This document shows, one piece after another, positions 9,549 to 20,458 of a stretch of 64,000 nucleotides of DNA (position 1 is the stretch's first letter; each line of letters begins with the position of its first letter). The stretch lies in assembly GCA_049840735.1 (NCBI GenBank), contig JASGJN010000025.1:97793-161792 (forward strand). Reading direction: 5' to 3'. This stretch comes from Anaeromyxobacter sp. (GTDB lineage: Bacteria; Myxococcota; Myxococcia; Myxococcales; Anaeromyxobacteraceae). The notes beneath the pieces were generated by a model, which saw only the letters and a program-made list of their open reading frames with translations, ran no database searches and was not told the origin of the DNA. Both the position numbers and the translations under genes were made by a program.

Positions 9549-10310
9549 TCAGGCCGCCTCCAGGAGCCCCCAGCGCCGCCGCACCCGCAGCTCCAGCCAC
9601 CGGAAGAGCACCTGATCCACGGCCACGCCGATGACCACGATGCAGGCCATCACGCCCATCACCTGGGCGGCGTCGAGCAGCTCCCGCCCCTGGTTGAGCA
9701 GCTGCCCCAGGCCGCCGGCCACGAAGATCAGCTCCCCGGCCATGAGCGCGCGCCAGGCGAAGCTCCAGCCCAGCTTGAGCCCGGTGAGCAGCCCCGGCAG
9801 CGCCGCCGCCAGCAGCACGCCGGCGTGGAAGCGCAGCCCGCGCACGCCCAGCGTCCCGGCGGCGCGCAGCAGGATGGGGTCCACGCCGGAGACGGCGTCC
9901 TCGGCCGCGATGGCGATGGCCAGGAGCGAGCCCATCACCACCACGAAGACGATGGCCGACTCGGAGAGCCCGAACCAGAGCAGCGCCAGCGGCAGCCAGC
10001 AGATGGACGGCAGCGCCTGGAGCCCCAGCACCACCGGCCGGAGCGCCTGCTGCACCAGGCCGCTGCGGGCCATGACCACGCCCAGCGGCACGCCCAGCAG
10101 CGCCGAGAGGCCGTAGCCCTGCGCCAGCCGCGCCAGCGAGCGGCCCAGGGCGTCCCAGAGCCGGCCGTCGGCCGCCATCTGGGCCACGCTGCGCGCCACC
10201 GCCGGCGGGCCGGGGAAGAGCCAGTGCGGCCAGGGGCCGACGCTAGAGAGGAGCGCCCAGGCCGCGATCGCCAGCAGCAGGAAGCCCACCGTCGCGAGCC
10301 GATGCCTCAT
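9549..10310 (-). CDS. SsuC/TauC-like ABC permease
   Basis: LQALPSICWLPLALLWFG and AWRALMAGE motifs. Confidence 0.9.
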   Translation of the reverse strand: MRHRLATVGFLLLAIAAWALLSSVGPWPHWLFPGPPAVARSVAQMAADGRLWDALGRSLARLAQGYGLSALLGVPLGVVMARSGLVQQALRPVVLGLQALPSICWLPLALLWFGLSESAIVFVVVMGSLLAIAIAAEDAVSGVDPILLRAAGTLGVRGLRFHAGVLLAAALPGLLTGLKLGWSFAWRALMAGELIFVAGGLGQLLNQGRELLDAAQVMGVMACIVVIGVAVDQVLFRWLELRVRRRWGLLEAA

Positions 10311-11190
10311 CCCCCACCTCCTCCGCGCCGCGGTCCGGCGCCGGCGCCGGCAGCGCCTGCCCGGCCCCCTCGGCCCGGCGCAGCTCGCCGCGGATCTGGC
10401 GGGACAGCTCCACCAGCGCCTGGTCGTCCGGATCGCGCGGCCGCGGCAGGTGCACGTCCAGGTCCTGCAGCACGCGGCCGGGGCGCGCCGCCATCACCAC
10501 CACCCGGTCCCCCAGCACCAGCGCCTCGCGCACGTCGTGGGTGACGAAGACCACCGTCTTGCGCGTGCGCAGCCAGATCCCCTGCAGCAGCTGGTGCATG
10601 TGGCTGCGGGTCTGCGCGTCGAGCGCCGCGAACGGCTCGTCCATCAGCAGCACCGCCGGCTCCATGGCCAGCGCGCGGGCCAGCTGCACCCGCATGCGCA
10701 TGCCGCCGGAGAGCTGGTGGGGCAGGGCGTCCTCGAACCCCTCCAGGTGGACCAGCGCCACGTGCTCGCGGGCGCGCGCCAGCGCCTCGGCGCGCGGGAG
10801 GCCCCGGGCGCGCAGCGGGAAGGTCAGGTTCTGGCGCACGGTGAGCCAGGGGAAGAGCGCGTGGTCCTGGAAGACCAGCAGCCGGTCCGGCCCGGGGCCG
10901 CGCACCTGCACGCCGTCGATGTGGATGGAGCCGCCGCTGGGGGCGAGGTGGCCGGAGAGGGCGTAGAGGAGCGTGCTCTTGCCGCAGCCGGAAGGCCCCA
11001 GGAGGCAGACGAACTCGCCGGCGTGCACGGCGATGTTGACGTCCTTGAGCGCCACCACGCCGCGCTTGCCGAAGCGGTGGCCGACCTGCGAGACGTCGAT
11101 CTTGGGCGGGCCGGCGCGGGCGCGACGCGGCACCAGCCGCCCGGGCCGAACCGGGCGACCCGCCAGCCACGAACGGAGCTCGCGCCACAC
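10243..11190 (-). CDS. SsuB/TauB-like ABC ATP-binding protein
   Basis: [24 protein letters not shown] and VTHDV motifs. Confidence 0.92.
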   Translation of the reverse strand: MWRELRSWLAGRPVRPGRLVPRRARAGPPKIDVSQVGHRFGKRGVVALKDVNIAVHAGEFVCLLGPSGCGKSTLLYALSGHLAPSGGSIHIDGVQVRGPGPDRLLVFQDHALFPWLTVRQNLTFPLRARGLPRAEALARAREHVALVHLEGFEDALPHQLSGGMRMRVQLARALAMEPAVLLMDEPFAALDAQTRSHMHQLLQGIWLRTRKTVVFVTHDVREALVLGDRVVVMAARPGRVLQDLDVHLPRPRDPDDQALVELSRQIRGELRRAEGAGQALPAPAPDRGAEEVGDEASARDGGLPAAGDRGLGAPL

Positions 11191-11256
11191 GCAGCGACAA
11201 GGTGCGTTGGCACGGGCAGGCCGGCCTGCCCGGCTGCCTGCCCCCGCCTGGCCGGA

Positions 11257-12204
11257 TCACGGGCGGTAGACGAGCAGCCGGCAGGCCAGGCCGCCGTTGC
11301 GCACCGCCAGCGCCTCGGCCGGGGCGGCGGGGAGCAGCTTCTCCAGCCCGCGGTCGGGGCCCAGCACCACCGCGGTCCAGCCGCCCAGCCGCGCCAGCAG
11401 CGAGGCGAGGGCCTGCCAGGCCTCCCGCGTGCCCTCGTCGAGCCGCACGCCGTAGGGCGGGTTCACCGCCAGCAGGCCGGGCCCGTCGGGCGGGCGCACC
11501 CGGCCCGCGTCCTCGCGCGCGAAGGTGACGAGCTCGGCCACCCCGGCGGCGGCGGCGTTCTTCTGGGCCAGCCGCAGCGCGCCGGCGTTGCGGTCCGAGG
11601 CGTGGATGGGGACCTTCACCGGCCGTGCGCGGCCGGCCAGCGCGGCCCGCAGCCGGGCCAGCCGGGCCGGGTCGTGGCCGGGGAGCCGCTCCAGGGCCAG
11701 CGGCCGCTCCAGCCCGGGCGCGCGGCCGGCGGCGGCCAGCGCGGCCTCGATGGCCACGGTGCCCGAGCCGCACATCGGATCCAGGAAGGGCCGGTCCCCG
11801 GCCCAGCCGCCGGCGCGCAGCAGCGCCGCCGCCAGCGTCTCGCGCAGCGGCGCGGCGCCGACGCGGGCTCGCCAGCCGCGCCGGTGCAGCGGCTCGCCGG
11901 CCGCGTCCACCGACAGGGTCGAGGCCCGGCCGGCCGGGCGCACCAGCAGCTCGGCCCCGCCGGCGCGCCGGGCCGCGGCCCTGCGCGCGGCGGGCAGCTC
12001 GGCCGCGTCGCCGGTCCAGAGCCGGAGCAGCACCGAGTCGGCCAGCCGCGAGGCCAGGCAGGCCATCGCGGCGGCGTCCACGCCCTCCGCCTCGGCGCCG
12101 CCCGGCACCGGCCGCGCGCCCAGCCCCAGCTCGCGCAGCTCGCCCGCCAGCAGCGGCTCCAGCCCGGGCGCGCAGGCGCAGAAGACCGACTCGGCGGCGC
12201 TCAC
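11257..12204 (-). CDS. Class I SAM-dependent RNA methyltransferase (RlmL/UPF0020-like)
   Basis: LHRRGWR, APLRETLAAA, DPMCGSGT and NPPYG motifs. Confidence 0.9.
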   Translation of the reverse strand: MSAAESVFCACAPGLEPLLAGELRELGLGARPVPGGAEAEGVDAAAMACLASRLADSVLLRLWTGDAAELPAARRAAARRAGGAELLVRPAGRASTLSVDAAGEPLHRRGWRARVGAAPLRETLAAALLRAGGWAGDRPFLDPMCGSGTVAIEAALAAAGRAPGLERPLALERLPGHDPARLARLRAALAGRARPVKVPIHASDRNAGALRLAQKNAAAAGVAELVTFAREDAGRVRPPDGPGLLAVNPPYGVRLDEGTREAWQALASLLARLGGWTAVVLGPDRGLEKLLPAAPAEALAVRNGGLACRLLVYRP

Positions 12205-12749
12205 CGCGCCAGCTCGAGCCGCAGCTTCACCAGCGTGTCCGCGCGGCAGGTCAGCTGGCGCACGGCCGGCCTGCGCCCCTTCAGCGTGGCGCGGACCTCC
12301 ACCGGCTGCCCCGGCTCGCAGGACACGCCGGCCAGCGCCGGCGCCTCGCCGCGGGCCTGGCCGGCCACCGTCACCAGCGCGCCGGAGGGGACCGTCTCCA
12401 CCGACACGGCGAACCCCTCGAACGGCGCGGTCTCGAGCCCCGCGGCCGGATCCGGGGTGAGCTGCAGCGGCGGCAGCGCGGTGATGGGCGTGCCCTCACC
12501 GGCCGGCTCCTCCGGCGCGGCCGCGGGCTGGGCCCGGCGGTGGCGGCGCCAGAGCGGGGCCACCATCACCGTGACGAGCATGATCGCCAGGAGCCCCAGC
12601 GCCACCCAGCGCGCGCGCCGGCCGCGCGGCGGCGTGGGCGGCAGCGGCGGCAGGTCGAGCCGGTCGGGGCGCTCGCCGGAGGGCGCGGCCTCGGCCCCGG
12701 CGTCCGGAGCGCCGGTGGGGTCGCCGGTGGGTGGAAGTTCCTCGGGCAT
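12201..12749 (-). CDS. Single-pass membrane protein with PEGA-like domain
   Basis: MPEELPP start, one TM helix, 'VSVETVPSGALVTVAG' PEGA-like motif. Confidence 0.7.
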   Translation of the reverse strand: MPEELPPTGDPTGAPDAGAEAAPSGERPDRLDLPPLPPTPPRGRRARWVALGLLAIMLVTVMVAPLWRRHRRAQPAAAPEEPAGEGTPITALPPLQLTPDPAAGLETAPFEGFAVSVETVPSGALVTVAGQARGEAPALAGVSCEPGQPVEVRATLKGRRPAVRQLTCRADTLVKLRLELAR

Positions 12750-12821
12750 GGCGCCAGTGTAGCGCGCCCGCCCTCGCCAGCAATTGCCGGACTCGCCGGC
12801 CGCGTGTACGCTCGGCCGCCC

Positions 12822-13931
12822 ATGCGGCTCGGCTTCGACGCGAAGCGCGTCTTCCACAACGCCACCGGGCTCGGCAACTACGCCCGCGACGTGCTCCGGA
12901 TCCTCTCGGCGCACGCGCCCGGCCACGCCTACCTGGCCTACAACCCGCGGCGCGGCCGCATCCCCTTCGCCGCCGCCGGCGTGGAGGAGCGGCGCCCCTC
13001 CGGCGCCTGGGCGCTGGTGCCCCCGGCCTGGCGGCAGCTGGGGCTGGTGCGCGACCTGGTGGCCGACCGGGTGGAGGTCTTCCACGGCCTCTCCAACGAG
13101 CTGCCCAGCGGCCTGCAGCGGAGCGGCGTGGCCGGCGTGGTGACCATCCACGACCTGATCTTCGAGCGCTACCCGCACCTCTACCGGCCGGCGGACCGGC
13201 GCATCTACCGCTGGAAGTTCCGCAGCGCCGCCAAGCGCGCCCGGCGCGTGGTCGCCATCTCCGAGCAGACGCGGCAGGACCTGATCGAGCGCTACGGGAT
13301 CCCCGCCGAGCGGATCGTGGTGGTGTACCAGGGGTGCAACGCCGCCTTCCGCGCCGAGGTGCCGCCGGAGCGGCTGGCCGCGGCCGCGGCCCGCCACGGC
13401 GTGACGCCGGGCTTCGTGCTGCAGGTGGGGACGGTGGAGCCGCGCAAGAACCTGGCCGCCACGGTGGAGGCGCTGGCCGGGCTGCCGGACGCGCGGCTGG
13501 TGGTGGTGGGGCGCGAGACCGCCTACGCGCGCCAGGTGCAGGCGCGGGTGGCGGAGCTGGGGCTGGGCGGGCGGGTCCGCTTCCTGCGCGGCGTGACCAC
13601 CGAGGAGCTGGCCGCGCTCTACCGGCTGGCGGCGGTGGCGGTCTACCCGTCCTTCTTCGAGGGGTTCGGCATCCCCATCGTCGAGGCGCTCTGCTCCGGC
13701 ACGCCGGTCGTCACCACCCGCGGCGGCGTCTTCCCGGAGGCGGGCGGGCCGGGCTCGGCCTACGTGGACCCGGAGAGCCCGGCGGAGCTGCGGGCCGAGC
13801 TGGCCGCCATCCTGGGCGACGCGGACCGGCGCGCGCGCATGCGGACGGCGGGCCTGGCCCACGCGGAGCGGTTCCGGGACGAGGTCATCGCCCGCGAGCT
13901 GCTGGCGGTCTACGCTCAGGCGATGGGCTGA
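12822..13931 (+). CDS. Glycosyltransferase family 4
   Basis: MRLGFDAKR…TGLGNY, VTIHDL, VEPRKN and EGFGIPIVEAL motifs. Confidence 0.93.
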   Translation: MRLGFDAKRVFHNATGLGNYARDVLRILSAHAPGHAYLAYNPRRGRIPFAAAGVEERRPSGAWALVPPAWRQLGLVRDLVADRVEVFHGLSNELPSGLQRSGVAGVVTIHDLIFERYPHLYRPADRRIYRWKFRSAAKRARRVVAISEQTRQDLIERYGIPAERIVVVYQGCNAAFRAEVPPERLAAAAARHGVTPGFVLQVGTVEPRKNLAATVEALAGLPDARLVVVGRETAYARQVQARVAELGLGGRVRFLRGVTTEELAALYRLAAVAVYPSFFEGFGIPIVEALCSGTPVVTTRGGVFPEAGGPGSAYVDPESPAELRAELAAILGDADRRARMRTAGLAHAERFRDEVIARELLAVYAQAMG

Positions 13932-16162
13932 GCCGCCGCCATCGGCTCGCCGGCCCCGGACGCGTCCAGCGCCGCCCGCACCCGCGCCAGCAGCGCGTCC
14001 GGCGTGAAGGGCTTGGCCAGGAAGGCCACGCCCGAGTCGAGCACGCCGTGGTGGGCGATGACCTCCTGCGAGTACCCGGACACGAACAGCACCGGCACCG
14101 GCCCGTGCCGCCGCCGCAGCTCGTCCGCCACCGCGCGCCCGTCCAGCCCCGGCATCACCACGTCGCTCACCACCAGGCGCGGGCGGCGGGCGGCCTTCCC
14201 GAAGAGCTCCAGCGCCTCGGCGCCGTCGCGGGCCACCAGCACCTCGTAGCCGCCGCCCTTCAGCGCGCGCACCGTCACCTCGCGCACCTGGGCGTCGTCC
14301 TCCACCACCAGCACCGGCTCGGTGCCCCGCACGTCGGCCGGCGGCGGCGGCGCCGGGGTGCAGACGGGCCGGCCGTGGTGGCGCGGGAACCGGAGCTCGA
14401 AGGTGCTGCCGTGGCCCGGCGCGCTCTGCACCGTCACCTGGCCGCCGCTCTGGCTCACGATGCCGTAGACCGAGGCCAGCCCCAGCCCCGTCCCCTCGCC
14501 CGGCCCCTTGGTCGTGTAGAAGGGCTCGAAGATGTGGGCCTGGACCTCGCTGGACATGCCCTCGCCGGTGTCGGTGACCACCACCGCCACCGCGTCCGCC
14601 TGGTGCGGCGCCCCGGACACCTGGCGCGTCTCGATGGTGAGCGCGCCGCCGCGGGGCATGGCCGCGCGCGCGTTGAGCGCCAGGTTGAGGATCACCTGGC
14701 CCAGCTGCCCCGGGTCGCAGCGGATGGCCCAGTCGCCTGCACCCAGCAGCACGCGCAGCTCGATGTCCTCGCCCAGCACGCGGCGCAGCAGCTTCTCCGC
14801 GCCGCGGATGGCGTCGTCCGGATCGAGCGCCTCCGGCGCGATCACCTGCTTGCGCGCGAAGGCCAGCAGCTGCCGGGTCAGGTCGCTGGCGCGGCGCGCG
14901 GCGGCCCGGATCTCCTCCACGTCCTCGGCGCTGGCCGCGCGGCCGCCGCCCAGGTCGTCGAGGAGCGCGCCCGACGCGCTCAGGATCACCGTCAGCAGGT
15001 TGTTGAAGTCGTGGGCCACGCCGCCGGCCAGGCGCCCCACGCTCTCCAGCTTCTGCGCCTGGTGGAGCCGCTCGGCCGCCTCCGCCAGCTGCCGCTCCGC
15101 CTCGCGCCGCCGGGTGATGAGCTCGCTGTGGACCAGCAGCCCGCCCACCGCGCCGCCCGCCTCGCGCCAGGGGTGCACCTCCCAGCGCAGCCACTCGGTG
15201 CGCCCGTCCGGGCGCTGGAACGCGTCCTCCTCCGACCGCTCCACCGCGCCCGCCAGGCAGCGCTGGAACACCCCGCGCCAGCCCGCGGGCGCGTCGGGCA
15301 GGACCTCGGCGTGCGGGCGCCCCGCCAGCGGCCGATCACCGAGGCCGAAGTCCTCCCGCCAGCGCTGGCTGGTGGCCAGGTAGCGCAGCTCCCGGTCCAG
15401 CATGGCCAGCGCCGCCGGCGCGTCCTCCACGAAGAGGCGCAGCCGCTCCTCGCTGGCGCGCAGCCGCTCCTCCGCGGCCTTGCGGTCGGTGATGTCCCGC
15501 GCGTTGCAGAGCAGCCCCACGATCTCGCCGTCCGGATCGCGGTAGGGCGACTTGGAGGAGAGGACCAGCCGCCGGCCGGACGGCGTGCCGATCCACTCCT
15601 CCACCGTCTCGGCCCGGCCGCTGGAGAGGATGCGCGCGTCGTTCGCCAGGATGGCGGGGGCCAGCGCCGGATCCCGGTGGACCTCCTCCACCGAGCGGCC
15701 GATGACCTCGTCGGCGGGGCGGCCCAGGAGCGTCAGCGTGGCCTGGTTGGCGAACACGAACCGGCCCTGCCGGTCGCGCAGGAAGACCGGGTCGGGCACC
15801 GCCTCCGCGATGGCCCGCAGCAGCTGGTCGCGCTCCAGCAGCGCCCGCACCGACCGGCGCTCGCGCACCAGCACCCGCCGGATCCCCAGCGCCAGCAGCC
15901 CGGCGGTGGTGAGCACGAAGCCGATCCCCTTCACCAGCGACCAGAGCGCCTGCTGCTCGCGCGTGCCGGTCTCCACCAGCACCAGCCGGTCGGAGAGGGT
16001 GACCCAGGCGACGGAGAGGACGGCGTAGAGGCAGGGGATCCAGAGCTCGGGGTGGCGCACCAGCCAGGCCGCCGGCCGGCGCACCGCCGGGCTCGCGCCG
16101 GCCGGCGCGGTGGCAGCGGCCGGCCCGCCGCCTGCAATCTTGCTCGGCGCGCGCTGGTGCAA
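13916..16162 (-). CDS. Hybrid PAS sensor histidine kinase/response regulator
   Basis: Two TM helices, two PAS domains, AGGVAHDFNNLL, FEPFYTTK, GTGLGL and a receiver domain (SDVVMP); exact start uncertain. Confidence 0.93.
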   Translation of the reverse strand: MHQRAPSKIAGGGPAAATAPAGASPAVRRPAAWLVRHPELWIPCLYAVLSVAWVTLSDRLVLVETGTREQQALWSLVKGIGFVLTTAGLLALGIRRVLVRERRSVRALLERDQLLRAIAEAVPDPVFLRDRQGRFVFANQATLTLLGRPADEVIGRSVEEVHRDPALAPAILANDARILSSGRAETVEEWIGTPSGRRLVLSSKSPYRDPDGEIVGLLCNARDITDRKAAEERLRASEERLRLFVEDAPAALAMLDRELRYLATSQRWREDFGLGDRPLAGRPHAEVLPDAPAGWRGVFQRCLAGAVERSEEDAFQRPDGRTEWLRWEVHPWREAGGAVGGLLVHSELITRRREAERQLAEAAERLHQAQKLESVGRLAGGVAHDFNNLLTVILSASGALLDDLGGGRAASAEDVEEIRAAARRASDLTRQLLAFARKQVIAPEALDPDDAIRGAEKLLRRVLGEDIELRVLLGAGDWAIRCDPGQLGQVILNLALNARAAMPRGGALTIETRQVSGAPHQADAVAVVVTDTGEGMSSEVQAHIFEPFYTTKGPGEGTGLGLASVYGIVSQSGGQVTVQSAPGHGSTFELRFPRHHGRPVCTPAPPPPADVRGTEPVLVVEDDAQVREVTVRALKGGGYEVLVARDGAEALELFGKAARRPRLVVSDVVMPGLDGRAVADELRRRHGPVPVLFVSGYSQEVIAHHGVLDSGVAFLAKPFTPDALLARVRAALDASGAGEPMAAAQPIA

Positions 16163-16333
16163 GGCACCCCCGGAGAGACAGCCTACATCCTTTCAAGGTG
16201 CGCGCCGGAGCGTCAAGCCGGCGGCGAGCCCAGGCGGGACTGTCACAGCGGATCGGCGGGCGCCTCACGGATGGGTCGGCGTTTGACGCAGGGTCGCTTC
16301 CGCCAGGTCCTGCGGCGCCTCTCGAGGTCTTCG

Positions 16334-17813
16334 ATGGCCCATCGTCTTCCCCGCTGGATCCTCGGCGCGCTGCTCCTGCCCGGCCTCCTGGGCCTGGCCG
16401 GCCCGGCGCCGGCAGCCACGCTCATGCCCATCACCACGCGCTCGGCGAAGGCGCGGGCGCTCTACCTGGAGGCCCGGGCGCTGGCCGAAGGGCAGCGCGC
16501 CACCGAGGCCCGGGCCCGCGCCGAGGCCGCGCTGCGGGAGGACCCCGGCTTCGCGCTGGCCCACCTGCTCCGCTCCACCGTGGCCGCCGATGGCCAGGTC
16601 CGGTTCCAGGCCCTGGCCCGTGCGGTGGCGCTGGTGGGCGAGCCGCGCTTCTCGCAGGGGGAGCGCCACCTGGTGCTGGGCGCGGAGCGGGCCGCCAGCG
16701 GGGACGTGGCCGGCGCCACCGGCCACTACCAGGCGCTGGCGGAGCTCCACCCCCAGGACGCGCGGGCCCTGATGCCGCTGGCCCTGCTCCGCTTCGGCCA
16801 GCGCGAGTACGCCGGCGCGGCGGAGCTGCTGGGGCGGGCCGTGGCGCTCGACCGGCGCGACGCAGCCGCCTGGAACATGCTGGGCTACGCGCTGCGCTTC
16901 CAGGGGCGCGCCGACGAGGCCGTCCGCGCCTTCACCGCCTACGCCGAGGCCTTCCCGCGCGATCCCAACCCGCAGGACTCGCTGGGCGAGCTGCTGCTGG
17001 AGCAGGGCCGGCTGGACGAGGCGGTGGCCGCCTACCGGAAGGCGCTGGCCCTCGAATCCGCACTTCGCCTCGGCCCACGCCGGCGTGGCCACGGCGCGCT
17101 GGGCACAGGCGCGGCCGCAGGAGGCCATGGCCGCCCTCGAGGCGCAGCGCAGGGCTGCGCGCGACGCCGGCGAGCGGCGCACCGCCGTCTTCTGGACCAC
17201 GCTGGGCTGGCTCCACCAGGAGCAGCCGGCGCGGGCGCTGCAGGCGTTCCAGGCCAACCTGGCCGGCTCGGTGCAGGACGCGGCGCTGCACGCCGCCAAT
17301 CTCTTCATCGTGGCGGAGATCCAGCTGCACGCCGGCCAGGTGGACGCGGCGCTGGCCACGCTGGGCGAGGTGGACGCGGCCCTGGCCCGGGCCACCGCCG
17401 CGCCGGAGGGGGTGCGGGAGGCGCTGCGCCGCAACCGGCTGCACCTGACCGCCTGGGCCGAGGCCGCCGGCGGCGACCGCGCGGCCGCGCAGCGCGACGC
17501 GGCGGCCTTCCGCGCCCAGGCCGAGGCCAGCGGGCAGCGGCTGGAGCGGCAGCGGGCGGACCTGCTGGACGGGGTGGTGGCCCTGACCGCCGGCGACGGG
17601 GCGCGGGCGGTGGCGGCGCTGGCGCCGCTCGACGAGGGCGATCCGGAGGTGGAGGCGCTGCGGGCGCGGGCGCTGGAGGCGGCCGGCGACCGCGCCGCGG
17701 CGCGGGAGGCCTGGCGCCGGGCGGCGGAGTACCGGGGCGTGCAGTTCGCGCTGAGCTGGGCCTTCGTGCGGGCCGAGGCGGTGCGCGCGCTGGATCGGCT
17801 GGGCGCCACCTGA
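16334..17813 (+). CDS. Secreted TPR-repeat protein (frameshift near 17060)
   Basis: Signal peptide; TPR motifs (AAWNMLGYA, NPQDSLGELL); continues in ORF 17085-17813. Confidence 0.8.
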
Positions 17814-17867
17814 GGCCCACCTGAGCGGGCGCTGGCCGCGGGGGAGCGAACGCGCTACGCCTGTGCG

Positions 17868-18899
17868 GTGGAGCTGCCCCGCCAGTGGTTCGTGGCCTGC
17901 CGCTCGGACGCGCTGCGCGCGCGGCCGCTGGCGGTCCAGGTGCTGGGGCGGCCCCTGGCGCTGTTCCGCGGACCGGGCGGCGCGCCCGGGGCGCTGGAGG
18001 ACCGCTGCCCGCACCGCAACGCGCCGCTCTCCGCCGGCCGGGTGCGGGGCGGCGAGCTGGAGTGCCCGTACCACGGCTGGCGCTTCGACGGCCGGGGCGG
18101 CTGCCTGGCGGTGCCGGGGCTGGAGGCGCCGCCCTCGGCCGGCGCGGTGCGCGCCGAGGCCTTCGCCTGCGCCGAGCAGGACGGGTACGTCTGGGTCTGG
18201 TCCAGCCCCGGCGACCCGCCGCCCGCGCCGCCGCCGCGCTTCCCGTGGCTGGGCGCGCGGGGCTACCACACCGCGCGGCGCGAGTTGACGGTGCAGGGCT
18301 CGCTGCAGGCGGCGCTGGAGAACACCCTGGACGTGCCGCACACCGCCTACCTGCACGGCGGCCTGTTCCGCACCGCCGGGGCCGGCCACGCGATCGAGGT
18401 CGAGGTCCGCCGCTTCGCCGACCGGTGCGAGGCGGTCTTCAGCGGCGAGCCCAGGCCCTCCGGCCTCGTGGGCCGGCTGCTGGCGCCGGGGGGCGGCGAG
18501 GTGGAGCACGTCGATCGCTTCCTGCTCCCGTCCATCGCGCAGGTGGAGTACCGGCTGGGCGCGGCTAGCCACCTGGTGGCCACCACCGCCATGACGCCGG
18601 AGGCGCCCGGCCGCACGCGGCTCTTCGCGGTGGTCACCTGGCGGCTGCCGCTGCCGGGCTGGCTGGTGCGGGCGGTGCTCACGCCGGTGGCGGGCCGGAT
18701 CCTGGCGCAGGACGCGCGCATGCTGGCGCTGCAGGCGGAGAACGTGCGCCGCTTCGGCGGCGAGCGGTTCACCTCCACCCGGCTCGACGTGCTGGGGCCG
18801 CAGATCGCCCAGCTGCTGGAGCGCGCGGCCCGCGGCGAGGCGGGGCCGGTCGGGGACGCGCCGCCCGAGCACGCGCACCGCGCGCGGATGGTGCTCTGA
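17868..18899 (+). CDS. Rieske non-heme iron oxygenase (VanA/KshA-like)
   Basis: CPH…CPYHGW Rieske motif; ENTLDVPHTAYLH iron site. Confidence 0.92.
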   Translation: MELPRQWFVACRSDALRARPLAVQVLGRPLALFRGPGGAPGALEDRCPHRNAPLSAGRVRGGELECPYHGWRFDGRGGCLAVPGLEAPPSAGAVRAEAFACAEQDGYVWVWSSPGDPPPAPPPRFPWLGARGYHTARRELTVQGSLQAALENTLDVPHTAYLHGGLFRTAGAGHAIEVEVRRFADRCEAVFSGEPRPSGLVGRLLAPGGGEVEHVDRFLLPSIAQVEYRLGAASHLVATTAMTPEAPGRTRLFAVVTWRLPLPGWLVRAVLTPVAGRILAQDARMLALQAENVRRFGGERFTSTRLDVLGPQIAQLLERAARGEAGPVGDAPPEHAHRARMVL

Positions 18900-19873
18900 T
18901 GCGCCTGGCCGACGGCCACGCCGACTCGTTGATGTGGAACCGCGACCTGACGATCCGGCAGCGGCGCGGGCAGGTGGACGTCCCGCGGCTGCGGCAGGCG
19001 GGCGTGGCGCTGCAGGCCTTCACCATCGTGACCCGAGGCTACCCGTGGCTGGACGGCTTCGGCGCCTTCGCCGCCGCGCGCGGCTGGCCGCGGGCCGCCC
19101 GGCGCGCCCCCTGGGCGCGCTGCCTGCACCAGGTCGAGGCGCTGCACGCGCTGGCCGCCCGCTCCGGCGGCGCGCTGGCGCTGGCCGACTCGGCCGCGGC
19201 GCTCTCGGTCCACCTGGACGCCGGCCGGATCAGCGCGGTGCTGGGGGTGGAGGGCGGCCACGCGCTGGAGGGGGACGCGGGGCGCGTGGCGGAGCTGGCG
19301 GCGCGGGGCGTGCGGTTCATGGGGCTCACGCACCTGGGGAACAACGCGCTGGGCGGCACCTCCACGCCGCTGCACGGGGATCGCCCGCTCAGCACGCACG
19401 GCTTCGAGGTGGTGGACGCGCTGGCGGCCTCGGGGCTGGCGGTGGACCTGGCCCACGCCTCGCCGCGCACCTTCGACGACGTGCTGGCGCACCCGGCCCG
19501 CCCGCGCCTGCTCTGCTCCCACGCCGGCATCGCCGCGGCGCGCCCGGGCTGGCGCAACCTGTCGGCCGGACAGCTCGGCCGGCTGGCCGACCGCGGCGGG
19601 GTGGTGGGGGTGATCTTCGCCACCGTCTACCTGGGCGGCAGCGGCCTGGAGGACGTGGTGCGCCACGTGGAGGCGGCGCTGGACGGGGCCGGCGAGGACG
19701 CGGTGGGGCTGGGCTCGGACTTCGACGGCATGGTCCCCATGCCGCCCCAGCTCCGCGACGTGACCGGCCTGCCGCTGCTGGTCCAGGCCCTGGAGCGCCG
19801 GCTGCCGGCGGCCACGGTGGAGAAGGTGGCCTTCGGCAACTGGCGCCGGTTCTACGGCGAGGTGCTGGGCTGA
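18899..19873 (+). CDS. Membrane dipeptidase (peptidase M19)
   Basis: DGHAD, GVEGGH, VDLAH, SHAG and GLGSDFDG motifs; ATG overlaps the upstream stop. Confidence 0.92.
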   Translation: MRLADGHADSLMWNRDLTIRQRRGQVDVPRLRQAGVALQAFTIVTRGYPWLDGFGAFAAARGWPRAARRAPWARCLHQVEALHALAARSGGALALADSAAALSVHLDAGRISAVLGVEGGHALEGDAGRVAELAARGVRFMGLTHLGNNALGGTSTPLHGDRPLSTHGFEVVDALAASGLAVDLAHASPRTFDDVLAHPARPRLLCSHAGIAAARPGWRNLSAGQLGRLADRGGVVGVIFATVYLGGSGLEDVVRHVEAALDGAGEDAVGLGSDFDGMVPMPPQLRDVTGLPLLVQALERRLPAATVEKVAFGNWRRFYGEVLG

Positions 19874-20310
19874 GCGGGCAGCCGCGCGGGCCCCTTCGGC
19901 TTCACCACCCAGCTCGCCACCATCAGCCCCAGCCCCACGAACACCGGCACCACGCCGATCACCCCCAGCCCCAGCGCGGCGGTCTGCGGCAGCAGCCAGA
20001 GCACCAGCGCCACGCCGAACCCGGCGAAGAGCGTGATGATGCCGCCCACCAGGAGCCCCTGGGCGGTGCGCTCGGCGCGGGTGCGCGGGTCGAGCCCCAG
20101 CTCCTCCCGCTCGTCCGCGTCGGCCATCGACGGCGGGGGCGGCAGCGTGGCGGGGTCGAGCCCCTTCTCGATGGCCACGATCCGCTCCTGCATGGCCAGC
20201 TCGGCGATCTTCTGCTGGGCGCGCATGCGGAAGATGCCGGCGGCGATGCCGCCCACGATGGCGACGATGGGGATGAGCAGGGCGACGAGCGGGATGGAGA
20301 AGGCGAGCAC
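19852..20310 (-). CDS. DUF6249-like membrane protein
   Basis: GTG start after AGGAG; N-terminal TM, 'ERIVAIEKGLDP', then two TM helices. Confidence 0.75.
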   Translation of the reverse strand: MLAFSIPLVALLIPIVAIVGGIAAGIFRMRAQQKIAELAMQERIVAIEKGLDPATLPPPPSMADADEREELGLDPRTRAERTAQGLLVGGIITLFAGFGVALVLWLLPQTAALGLGVIGVVPVFVGLGLMVASWVVKPKGPARLPAQPSTSP

Positions 20311-20360
20311 GGGGGCGGCTCCTGTCTGGCTGGGGCCGCGCCGTGCGGCCCGTTCGCTGC

Positions 20361-20390
20361 TTGGACCGGCGACGGCGGAGGGCGGTTTCA
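20361..20390 (-). promoter_or_regulatory. Putative ECF sigma promoter for the DUF6249 gene
   Basis: TGAAACC-N16-GGTCCAA on the minus strand; same motif as at 20459-20489 (+). Confidence 0.7.
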
Positions 20391-20458
20391 GCGGCCCCGT
20401 CCGGGACCCCGGAGTCGGTGGGGCCGGGGGTAGGGTCGTGACCGATTCCGGGCCAGGG

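Noticed and set aside
12731..17824. 1697-aa ORF and other very long Arg/Ala/Gly-rich ORFs in the first 22 kb
   Set aside because: These are shadow frames of high-GC genes; only the part from 16334 (TPR protein) is credible.
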